Part shown: one piece after another, positions 53,273-64,000 of the stretch | How the letters are laid out: every line of letters begins with the position of its first letter | Numbering within the stretch: the first letter of the stretch is position 1 | Source: Lama glama | Taxonomy: Eukaryota | Direction: 5' to 3' | NCBI GenBank assembly: GCA_028534125.1 | Contig: CM052832.1 | Coordinates: 15,316,001-15,380,000 of the forward strand | DNA: 64,000 bases | Program-made: the position numbers and the translations under genes | The notes under the pieces: generated by a model | The model's input: the letters and a program-made list of their open reading frames with translations, nothing else | Databases searched by the model: none | What the model was told of the DNA's origin: nothing

Positions 53273-56200
53273 GGCCAGCTGTGTCCCAGGAGAGTAAGAA
53301 CATGGCTGGGGCAGCAGCTCTCAGTACTGAGAGGGAAACTGAGGCCTGGAGAGGAAGGGACAGGGAGTTTAAGCAGAACCAGGTCTCCCGGCCCCCTGTG
53401 CCGATTCCCTGTACCCTCACCCCATCATGCTCCTACAGCTCCAGCTCCTTATCAGGGATCTGAGAAATTCCTTTTCTGCAAAGGGCCTGTGGCCCCTGGA
53501 GCCCTCCCAGTGCTCTCTCCCAGGGCATCCTGGGGGCAGCAGACCACACTGAGCTCACTTGTGGCCAGCACATGCCCCTGCTTTCTCCTGCTCTGAGCAG
53601 GACACCTGAATAAATCCTTCCCATATGGTTGCTATCTTGTTTATCAGCAGCCACCAGGGAACAGCAATCAACTTTATGAGCATCAAGCCTTGGCTTGTTC
53701 AGGGAGCTGGCCTGGGCAAGCTAGCCCAGCTGGCAGCTGAAGTGGGCGTGGGGTCTGCCCACCCCGGGGGAAGGGCCAGTGGACTGTAGACACTGAAGAC
53801 CACTTCCGCTCTGCTCAGAGGTACTTGTAAGGGCCCTGGCCCCCACCTCCTGGGCAAGCCCCTGTCCCAGGTTTTGGGATCCCTCCCCTGTGGCTCAAGC
53901 CAGGCACCCCACTCCTCAGAATGTGCCTCACCAGTGGCAGGGAGCTCCCCTCCCCGCTACAGACAACCTTTAGAAAAAGGTAGGTGGCAAGAGGAGAAGG
54001 GAATGTGAGGGAGACAACCACCTTGATGACAACTTCTGAGCTCTTTAAAAACAGCTGTCTGGGAAAGGCAGGAGCCCTTCAGCCGCCGTCTGGGTTCTCT
54101 GAGGACAGGCCTGGCAAACCCGGGGTGGTTTGGGAATACGTTCCCTGGTCGCTGGGCCAAGGTGCTGGCTGGCCAGAGTGCCTCCTCTCTGGGCTGTTCT
54201 GGCCCATCTGCTGCTGCCCTCTGCTGGGGAAAGACTGGCCCTCCAGACTTGGCCAATTCAGTTCTGTGGCCTGAAGGATGGTGACTACACTCACATATTC
54301 TCTTGCTCCAGCCCACTATTGTGTTTTGACCTGAAAAAGCTGTTTCTTTTTAGAGTCATAAAGATACCATACTAACCATTGGCAAGACCATCTATCTCTG
54401 GCTCATAAGGCAGGAGGCTGGTCATATCACTTAGAGAAACGTGGGAAGTGGGCAGGTCTGGATAGCTAGCAACACTCAAGATCCTGGGCACAGCTTCAAG
54501 GGGAAGAGGTCTCAAGGAGCAAAGCGTGCCTGGGAGGGGCTGTTGGAGTGGTTACCAGCCATGCCCAGGGGGAGGGGGGAAGGCGGAGGTCCTGAGGTGC
54601 CATCATGGATCAGGATGTGTTAGGGGTTGAGAGGGAGAAGCCCTCCCAGCCTCTGCCTCCCCCAGAGCATCCCTTCCAGCGACGCTCGGCTCCTTGAGTC
54701 ATCTTTGCCCCATGCGTCTCCCTCACTGACAGCAAGCTCGGAACATTGCTGGTGCTGCTAAGGACATTTGTCAGGGGCTGAAGGGCTTCTAAACTAATAA
54801 TCACCGTATTAAAATCGCATTTGGTCCTCAAGCTGGAGGAACGTTGGGAGATTTTAAATGTTAAGAGAAAAGGAAGGGGGGGGGAATCTTCCCTCAAAGG
54901 ATAAAATCAGCTCAGAAATAAGTCAGGAATATGAAGTATTGCTCTGCGATTCTGGAAATGAAGCCTTCCCTGGGAAATGGATGCTCTCCAAAGCCACATA
55001 TTTCAGCCACAGCTGGGAAGGTGATGTGTGATGTCCCCCAGCATTTGGTATTGATCCCACTGGGCTGGGGACTGTGTAGATGGAAGGCTCACCATCCCCT
55101 TGAGTCATTTATAGAATGGATTTTAAAACTTGATTTTTTTTCCCCCAGAAAATAATCTTGTGCCTTCCGAGCCCGGATGGCCCCAGATAATGCACAACCC
55201 CCTGCCACGTGATAGACTCCAACATTCTCCTGCCCATTACAACCTAAGCGGTTTTAAATGGTTTTCGGGTTCTCTCATCCCTAATAGATTAAAAAAATGC
55301 TCCCTTGGGCATCACAGAGACATTGAATGGTACTTGTACCAAACCTCTGGCTCAGAGCGGCCTGGGAAATGTACATTAGAGCTTCAGAGGCGAGAGGGCA
55401 GGCCATAAACCACGCTGCTTCTGAATCTGCAGCCCGACACATTTTACACTGCAGTCTTCTTTTGCTACAAGCTGTTTCTTAATTATCTCCTCCCCAGAAC
55501 ACATCCCTCCCTGTCAGATTTATTGGGAAGTGGTCCTGAAGGCTTCCACATCTCAGTGATTTCAGGCAACCTAGACTGAGCAGGGGGTGGCTAGACAGGC
55601 ATCTCTAGACCGTGTGTCCAGGCTGGGTCTCCACCCACACCACACCCAGGCCCACAGTAACGTCAGCCTCCATCCTCCCCACACAGCCCTCCCTCTAGTC
55701 CCATTTCCCCACCTGTCTGCCTTTCCCTATTGCTCTCTGCACACAGGCCCCAAAACAGGCCTTCCTCCAGCTCCCTCAGGCTGACCCTCCATCTCTCCCC
55801 ATCTCAGACCCCTCCCTGGACTCTTCACCACCACCTGCATCTCAGCTGACAGCAGTATCTCTCCTAACCTTTTCAACTAGGACTCATTTTTCAACATAAT
55901 TTGTTCTCTACAAGTCCCCCTGCGATATTCATTATGCTTTTAGTATCTGTTGATTGAGAAAAAAGATGATGATAAAAACTGCTCGGAACTCAATAATGCC
56001 TTTAAATGAATTTGTATTTTGGCAATCACCAAAGTGTTTACATACATTTGAGAAATTATCAAGCTTAAGGGTATTGCTTTCCTAGTCTGCAAATAATGCT
56101 TGTGGTGATGTGGCTTTGGGTCAGGTCTGGAAGGGCCCATGGGTGGGAGCCCTCCACCCACAGCACAGTGAATCCACACTGCCCAGCACCCCGCAGAAAC

Positions 56201-56494
56201 CCAAGGGTAGCGCTCTCGCTGCCCAGCCAAGTGGAAGCTCCCAGAAGTCTCCCGCTTCTGATGTAGGCTAGTGCTCACTAGCACTGGATCCCGGGCAGGC
56301 TCTGCAACTTTTCTCCAACCAAAAATTATTCTCTTGAAAAACAGAAATGGGGATTATAAAGCCAGTGGTCCACAGAAGATGTTCAATAGGACTGGCTATT
56401 ATCATAGAGGAAATATTTATGCAATGAAATATTTGGGTGCCTGAGGTTGCTTTCAACTTCAGGGCTCCATACTGAGTATTTGGCTGTGAGTTGG

Positions 56495-56825
56495 TAAATC
56501 AATCAGAACGGACTAGGTTGTGCTCCGTAACAAACCACCCCAAATCTCGGTGGCCTAATAAAGCCAAGATTTCTTTCTCGATCATGCTACATATCCTACA
56601 TGTAGTTATTCAGTGACTGTGCTTCCAAAATCACCCTGGCCAGGGAAGGAGAATGTAGGGAACAGCTTACTCTAAAAGCTCACACCGGAATTGACATACA
56701 TCACTCCAATCCATGTGGCAATGACGGGCCACTTTTACCTTCAAAGCGCACGGGAAGTGCAATCATTCCATGTTCCCACAGGGAAAACGAGAATGTTTGT
56801 GAACAGTCCTGACAATGACCACAGT
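56495..56825 (-). mobile_element. MLT1 solo LTR
   Basis: CTAGGTTGTGCTCCGTAACAAACCACCCCAAATCTCGGTGGCCTAA is the reverse MLT1 terminus. Confidence 0.7.
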
Positions 56826-58904
56826 CAGCCAGCGAGTTTCCAGCTATAAGGAACTGACAGCCTCTGATAAGACAGAGTTCATGACTCATTTATTCCAAGT
56901 TGAACTCTTACCAGTTTGATGTGTTTTCACCTGCCATCTTCCCTAAAATGGGAGAGGCGAGTTCTAAAAGAGGTATATCTTCTGTAATTTTTAATGAACT
57001 TAGATTTAGCATGTGGGTAGAGGTTATACCCACAGAGGCTCTCAGGAAGAGGAAATAAAATGTGCCTTAGCTTGATGGGTGGCATCTGTCATTCTGCCTG
57101 GCATCACTGGTATTGTCATCTGTCCCCACTCTGGAAGCCAGATACAACTGTGGGCCCTGCTGTCCGTGACCCTCCTTTCAGACCAGGGAGTGTCTTGCAA
57201 CCCAGTGGCAGGCTGGCTATCACTCAGGCCCCGCAGGGCTGCACTGACACAGACAATCCAGGGCCTCATTTAACAACCAGCTCGATGGCCGGCCCCATCA
57301 GAGAAATTAGCCTTTGAGTCTCCTGGAGTGAAGCCCAGAGTCATTTCATTCAGGACATGACCCAATGACAGGGCAGGAGGACACAGGGATCTGGGGCCAT
57401 TTGTCCACCGTTCCTGGGAGGGCAGGGCTCTAAGCTGAGTTCTGGTCAGGAGCATCTCCACCTCCTCCTTCCCTCCCTCCGTCCTTCATCTTTATTCTCT
57501 CTTCTCCCTCCCCAAGGAGCACTAGGGAAGGATGCTGGGCAAGAGGTCTGGCCTGTGGGTCTGTGGGAAGAGGCGTGGGCTGGAGATGATGTGGAGAGAG
57601 GGACATTTGTCTCCCTCCAAAGCATTAAAGAGAGCCCTTCAATGTGTCAAGGAGGGTGGGGCGTGAGGTCCTGTCTCAGGCGAACAACTCACCTGCCTTC
57701 CCAGCACCCAAGCTGAGTCACAGGAGTCAGTCCTGAGAATAACCCACGCAGTGACAAATCTCGAGCAGTAAAGACACTTAGGAGAGGACTCCACAAAGGA
57801 GGGCTGTGCATTTTGTCATCTGAGCATCCTGACAAGGCTGTGGCAGTGGGCGGTAAGCCAAGACTCAGTCACTCAGAACCTAGTCACCCCCAGGGCCTCA
57901 GCAAGCTGGTGGGAACGCCAGGAACAGACCTGGGTGCCTGAGCCCTGGCCCAGTGCTCTTGGGAACAAGAACAGGGCCCAGAGGCATTGATCAAAAGCCA
58001 AGGCCCAGGCCGGTCACAGAGTGGAGGGCCTCTCTAGCTCAGTCCCACAGCACCAGACAGAAAACCCACACTTCCTTGGGAGACCGAGGTCAGCACCAGT
58101 GCCAAGGGGAAGCCACAGAGGCCTCCCCGCGCAGCAGCAAAGCCCACTTGCTTGGGCAGGCGCCCCCCATGCTGAGGCCACTGCTCATGCATCCTCCCTC
58201 CGCCCCTTCCCTCCCACCCGTGTCAGAACCTCAGACCACATGGCTCGAGAGCCGGAGGACCCTCAGACATCCCCTAATCTACACCCTAAGATGACTTTTG
58301 ACTGAAAGGGCCTCAGTTTCTCCAGTTTCAAGTCCAGATTTTTTAAAAGTACAGACTGGTTACCCAGCAGACACCCCACCACTGCTAACCCACGCCAAGT
58401 CTGGGGGCGGGAGAGTTTGCGTTGCTTTGCATGGGCCATCTCAGAGGCCCAGGTCTTCGTGCCTCGTGCATGCTCCCCAAGAAGGTTTGGCCTGGGCTCC
58501 TGAGAACATCTGACCCTGAGGGTGGCAGGGATGGGAGAAAGAAGCGCTATGGATGACAGAGCCTCTCAGGCCTGGCTGACACTTCAGCCAGAAAGTGCCA
58601 AGAAGGTCCAGGGGCAGGGGGGAACCTCGCCTGACCCCGCATGATGGTTTCTGCAGAGATCTGGACCCCAGCTACCACTAGGACACAACTTACTGTCATC
58701 AGTGAGGAGAGGGCAGACCAGGGGGCATAGGGTAGGAGATATCAGGCCTGGGGTACGAGAAAACCTGGGTCCCTGTCCCAGCACAGCCATAGCCAGTAAC
58801 TTGCTGGTGACTTTGGCCAAATCGCAGCCTCCTTGGGGCTCAATTTCCTGACTCTTGAATTAGACAAACAGCAGCCCTCAGCCTCTCCGCAGCATGGTGG
58901 GTAA

Positions 58905-59115
58905 GCGTGCTCTGGGCTAGTGTGCCTGGATCCAAATCTCTGCTTTCCCCATAGTAGCTGGGTGCACACAGGCAAGTTACTTAACCTCTCTGTGCCTCAT
59001 TTTCTTCAACTGTAAAATGGAGTTGATAATACTAATTACACCACAGGGCAGTTGTGAGGCTTCAACAGGTAGAGTACATTGCCTGGCACACAGCAACACA
59101 GTGTGTTTGTCACCA
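58905..59115 (+). mobile_element. MIR SINE
   Basis: GGCAAGTTACTTAACCTCTCTGTGCCTCATTTTCTTCAACTGTAAAATGG...TGCCTGGCACACAG. Confidence 0.85.
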
Positions 59116-60554
59116 TTTATTGCTATTTCCTCCCCATGCCACCACTGTGAGGTGACATCCATGTCCTTAGAGCTCCTTGGGGAGAAGGTGGAGTGGGGAA
59201 AGAAGGGTGGTGGACTGCCCAGCAAGGCAGCACGAGGGCCTGCCTGGGACCCCGCCTGGACTTGTCAGCAGAGCTGGGCTAGCGAAGGTGAGGCCAGGCC
59301 TGGTTGGCACCAGGCCCTGGGGAGCTGGTGTGAGGGCCAGGGCCTAGGCTCCTTCCGGGAGTGGCTATAAATGAACTTTACAACCTGGCTGTCCCTCTGC
59401 TTACCAGAAGTGCCTCTGCCTCCCTCTCCTTGGGGACAGGTCAGCTGGCAGAGGCCGACACACAGTGAGTTTGGCGAGAGGGGAGGTAGCGGGCTACGGC
59501 AGCGTTCTCTGCCTTCATCTTTCTTGCCTTGGCTGAGTCTGCGAGTCGGATTGGGTTGGCCAAGCAACTGTGCTATCTTATCTGATAACCAGACTGAAGA
59601 TATCAACTCGTCCCTGGGCCAATTCTCGATTTCCCTTGGCATCTAAATGCCTCCTCCTTCTTTCTTCAGCTCCTGGGGGTGGGTCCCAATTAGGGGTCAC
59701 CTCTGTGCAGTCTCAGAGGAGGGCTGGGAGAGACCTAGGCTGTTGTCTCAGGCACAGCCCCCGGCCATCAGGCCTCAGTCCTCCCACCCCAAGGCCTCAC
59801 CCAGCAACCCCAACCTCCCCCAGACACACTCCAGCCAGGCATCTGGCAAAGCAAATGTGCACACTGGACAGAAGACACCCTCTTCCTCTTCCTAAAGGGG
59901 TGCTCTGTGGCCTGCCAAACATAGCCAGTTCAGGAGAGTACTGTGGAGGGGAATGAATGGGCCAGACTGTGGCTTTCAATGCCACTTGGTACTGGAGGTC
60001 CAGGTTGGTGGTGGGAGCTTCTCTGAATTGGGGTCCTGAACAAATTGATAGGTACCACTGTGCGTGGAGCCAGCCAGCCATGCCCATGGTCTGGACTGAA
60101 GGGCAATAGAGGGTTAATCATGGCCAGCACTGCCCAGCCTGGTTGCATCCTCGGCCGGGAGTCCAGCAGAGGAGAGAGTATTAATAACTCTGTGGAGACG
60201 GGCACCGCTGTGAGAATGTCCTCTCAAACAGGAAGAATAAGGCTCCCATTGCAGTGTCTCCTTGGCACTCTCCTGAGACAAAGTCAGGATGTCTTTAGGG
60301 GCTGTGTTTCCAGCCCAGAGTTCCAGCGTTTGCCTGAGGTCTGACAAGCTGGCCCTTAGAGAGGGTGACAGGCACGCAGGTGTTGGGGGACCAGGCCGAG
60401 AGGCAAGGAACCCTGTGGTGGGCCCCAGCAAGCCATCAAACCATCACAGGCCCTGTTTCTCTCATTTGCAAGCGGTGGTGACAAAGCCAGTCTTCCCACA
60501 ACTGTTAGGGAAATATGACCACCACTGCGATAATGCTAGAAATAATCATGGTAA

Positions 60555-60735
60555 ATCACATTTATTGAGTGCTTATCTCTGGGCACTGAGCTAACCCTCT
60601 CATGGACTTTTAATCTCAGTTCTGTCCCTAACTCTGTGAGGTGGGTATCATTATTATCCTGTTTATAGATGGGGAAACTGGGCCCCAGAGAGGTTTAGTA
60701 ACTTCCCCAAGTCACACAGCAATTGTGGAGCCATG
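60555..60735 (-). mobile_element. MIR SINE
   Basis: CATTTATTGAGTGCTTA...TTATAGATGGGGAAACTGGGCCCCAGAGAGGTTTAGTAACTTCCCCAAGTCACACAGC. Confidence 0.85.
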
Positions 60736-61377
60736 ATGGTGCACAGGATGTATATATGCTAGATAATAATCAAGCATTCCTGTACCCCTCCACCCCCTGC
60801 AAAGAGGCGAGAACCCCAACAGCAGGGGTTCTGCTCTCTTCTTGTTGGGCCTGAGATCAGTTCCCAAAGGCAGGCAGGCAGTGTGACACAAGACCTTCAG
60901 ACATACGCACTACACTCTGAAGGCTTATAGTTTTGTGTATTGTTTTAATGTTTTAAAGTTTAAATTCAAAAGATACAAAATAGTATTTAGTGAAAAGTCT
61001 CCCTCTCAGCCCTGTTCCCCAGAGGCAATAACTGTTACCAGTTGCTTGTAACAGATTATTCCAGAAGTAATCGATGCCTATTTACAGTCTTGTTTAACTA
61101 CCTGTGGGTCCAGGCTGGGGACTGTGGGTCCTTCCAAAAGCTCCCACCGCCCCCTAGCCCCCAGCTCCCTCACATCCTTTCCCCTTCCGCTTCTGCTTTC
61201 CAGGGGCCCCTGCCAAGAGTCCTTGGCCAGGAAGACACTTGTGCTATGACAGCGATAAAGGCCAAGAAGGAGAAAGTTGAGGACTGCTGACAGGCTAGCC
61301 GTCTGTCCAGGAGCTGCTACCGCGACCTCAGGCCCTCCTCTTGTGGATTTCCGAGGCACCCCTCCCCGTGTTGAGGC

Positions 61378-61576
61378 ATGGTTGTGCAGGACAGCGTGGA
61401 CGCTGGGGATGCCAGGGTGGGCGTGCCGCTGGAGCCCTTCCTGCACCAGGTTGGGGGGCACCTGAGCCTGATGAAGTACGACGAGCACACGGTGTGCAAG
61501 CCCCTCATCTCCCGGGAGCAGAGGTTCTACGAGTCCCTGCCGCTTGCCATGAAGCGCTTCACGCCACAGTACAAAG
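61378..61576 (+). CDS. IP6K3: IP6K3 first coding exon (exon 61204-61576); gene continues beyond the window
   Basis: Acceptor CTGCTTTCCAG|GGG at 61203/61204; [66 protein letters not shown](G) has the inositol hexakisphosphate kinase N-terminal motif (PFxHQVGGH...CKPL...E..FYE); donor G|GTAAGT; synteny with LEMD2/MLN identifies the paralogue. Confidence 0.95.
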
Positions 61577-62472
61577 GTAAGTGAGTGTCCGGGCAGCCAG
61601 CCGTGCTCCGTGCCCCAACCCTGGACCCAGCTGGCCCACACGCGCCCACCACTTCCTCCAGCAAAACAGTGTGTTTCAGGGTTGCCATGGAGACCTGCCC
61701 CTCTCCTGCAGCCCAGCCGGCCTTCACTGCCCCACTTTCTCTGCATTCTTCAAGCCTCCAGACCTGGAGTGTAATGCCATTTGGTGTCCCTATCAGTTAG
61801 CTCAAGCCATCAGGCTTCAAGGAATTGAGAATGGGATAAAGTAATCCCCCAGCCCCATCCCACCCTGATGGGACCTCTGGTCTGCACTTTGGGAGTGTCA
61901 TGGCTGGGTCCCGCTACTCTGGCTGGTAAACACAGAACATAAGGAAGCTTCCTTCACCTCACTCTGGAGAGCCAGATGGGTGGCAGGAGCCTCAGGTCTG
62001 GGATGGGGCACAGAGGAGCTGGAACAGTCTGTGTTTGGGGCAAAGCTGGGGCATGATCTGCCATCCTGGCGTAGCTGGGGAAATGGTGCTTAGAGCAGTG
62101 TGTGTTCTGGATCTGAGCCCAGAGTGGGTTCTGGGAGGGAAATCTGGATGGGGAGAGCTGCCGTTTGTGGGTCTCTGGGCAGGGGCACTCAGGGCGGCCA
62201 GCAAGCATCCATGGGGCAGGTCATTTTGTCCACATCCAGCCTTTGGTCAGTGAGGTTCACTGAGCTCAGGGCATGACTCTGCCAGCTGCCAGCCCCGCAA
62301 AGGGATGACTGCTCAGAGAAAAGACCTCTTTTAAAGGATTTTAGAACTTACGACTGCAAGCTTCTGCCCTCATAGTCCAAATGATGTCTGTAGTGAAGGT
62401 GATGATAATATCCCAAAAAGTCAGTTAAAAACTTACCTGCATTTCAGTGGGAAGGGTGAGGCAGATCTACAT

Positions 62473-62798
62473 CAGTGTTTCTCAAAGTATGCTCTGGGAT
62501 TGGGGGAGGTTATAGCTCTGTGGTAGAGCATAGGCTTAGCACACACGAGGTCCTGGGTCCAACCCTCAGTGCCTTCATTACATAAATAAATAAATAACCC
62601 TAATTACCTACCCCCCTCAAAAAAAAAGTATGATCTGGGATCAACCAACTTTATCATAATCATTGATGTGTGTGTGTGTCTGTGTGTTTGTGTGTGTGAA
62701 TGCAGATTCCCAGGCCCCATCCCAGACCTGTGAATCAGAATCTCTGGGGTCAGGGCCCAAGAATCTGTATTCAGTATGCTCCAGTTTGAGACCCACTG
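62473..62798. mobile_element. MER5A-like DNA transposon with a nested SINE and (TG)n
   Basis: Terminal inverted repeats CAGTGTTTCTCAAA (62473) / TTTGAGACCCACTG (ends 62798); internal ATGCAGATTCCCAGGCCCCATCCCAGACC...AATCAGAATCTCTGGGG. Confidence 0.8.
62502..62627 (+). mobile_element. tRNA-Ala-derived SINE (camelid Vic-1 type) with a 17-bp target-site duplication
   Basis: GGGGGAGGTTATAGCTCTGTGGTAGAGCATAGGCTTAGCACACACGAGGTCCTGGGTCCAACCC...(TAAA)n CCCTAATTACC poly(A); flanked by AAAGTATG(C/A)TCTGGGAT at 62484-62500 and 62625-62641. Confidence 0.88.
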
Positions 62799-63789
62799 AG
62801 GGAAGGCCAAGGCCTTGAGCCCTGGGCATTGCTTAGGTCCTGAGAGTCTGAGATAAGACCAGTGAGAGACGGGGGGGATGGCTGGTGTACAGCCTGTGCA
62901 GGCCTCCTCTGGGGCCTCAGGCTGGTGTTGTCCATTAGCTGTGGGTCACTGCCTGTCTTGTCAGAGCACCCACTGGAATTAACATCTGTCCTTTCACAAC
63001 TGAACTCAAGCCAGCAAAAGGGTGGTGGGATCTTGGGTGGGGTAGCCTGTGCCCGCAGCATTTCATGATGGTTTGACACAGCTCTGGAGCTGAGACAGAC
63101 TGCCAGGGCAGCCAAAGGCAGAGCAGGGAAGTGAAAGAGGCTGGTCGGTCTCCAGGACCCCAATCTGGTGCCCTCCCTGCTCCCTGCCTGCATGTGCCAT
63201 TCCTCTGCAGCATCAGAACGGCACCCCTCTGGATGGATTTGGGCACTGGTCTTCTGCCCAGACCCCTCCTCTGCCCTGCTTCCCCCTTCAGGCTGGGTCC
63301 ATCCAGGTACCGCTTGCCCTGGGGCCCCGCTAACTTGATAGATTAATTTGTCATCACTTCGTGTATCAGTCTCTGCCTTGGGGCTTCACTCAGGAGAGTT
63401 TGTGTCTGCAAACAAGTTGGGAGGAGCTGAGTCAGGGAACCACATGACATCCCTCAGGTGAGACCACACATCCCAGCTGAGGATGACAGTGAAGCAGCAC
63501 CCATGGGCTGCTGCGACACCCAAACATGACGTTTCAAAGATGCAGAAATGCTGATTCACTCACTGGCCAGAACACAACCCACATGGTGCCAGTGTCCAGG
63601 CGCCACCCGAGGAAACACACATCTAAGGAGACACTAGGAAAAGGCTGAGAACTGGGCCCTTAGGGTCTTAGACACCTGGGGCAGGTGGCTGTGGTCAGGT
63701 TTGGGATGGGAAATGGCCTCAGGCTGTGCAGGCTTCTTGTTTCGCCTGAGAAGAAAAGTAGTATCAACCAGCCCTTACCTGGTGTTCAC

Positions 63790-63985
63790 TCAGTACCAAA
63801 CATACTGCAAGTAATTTCCGTGGACTAACTAACTCACATTTAGTCCTAACAACAACTCTCTGAGGAAGGTACATTTCATAGATGAGGAAACTGAGGCACA
63901 GAGAGTTTACCTGACTTGCCTCAGGCCACACAGCCAGTGAAAGGCAGAACCAGGATTCAAAGCTCCAAGGTCTGGCTCCTGAATG
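63790..63985 (-). mobile_element. MIR SINE
   Basis: CATTTCATAGATGAGGAAACTGAGGCACAGAGAG...TGACTTGCCTCAGGCCACACAGCCAGTGA...GGATTCAAA. Confidence 0.85.
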
Positions 63986-64000
63986 TGGGCTCTGGGCTCC

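Noticed and set aside
59362..59371. GCTATAAATG TATA/MEF2-like motif as an alternative IP6K3 promoter
   Set aside because: A single short motif with no strong downstream donor; not supportable from sequence alone.
61078..61746. 222-aa antisense ORF over the IP6K3 exon
   Set aside because: Shadow ORF produced by the GC3-rich codon usage of the sense exon.

Overview
Mammalian genomic DNA, most likely camelid (two tRNA-Ala-derived Vic-1-type SINEs; no primate Alu or bovid Bov-A/Bov-tA seen). It carries the conserved MLN-LEMD2-IP6K3 block, with all three genes on the + strand. It holds (1) the complete five-exon motilin gene MLN (~740-10735), (2) the complete nine-exon LEMD2 gene (CDS 16284-31150, 1512 nt, 503 aa, CpG-island promoter), and (3) the 5' part of IP6K3 (first coding exon 61204-61576, candidate non-coding first exon near 49300-49433). 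The rest is intron and intergenic sequence with L1, L2, MIR, MLT1, MER5/MER45A and SINE remnants, several of them nested. The most notable observation is a 1-nt deletion in MLN exon 3, just downstream of the mature hormone and its KK cleavage site. It creates a stop at 5349-5351, truncates the precursor to 59 aa and removes almost all of the motilin-associated peptide, while the downstream exons still look intact. This is a lineage-specific allele or incipient gene loss, or an assembly error. I found no convincing novel multi-gene system. Repeat boundaries are approximate, and comparisons to human/pig sequences are from memory.
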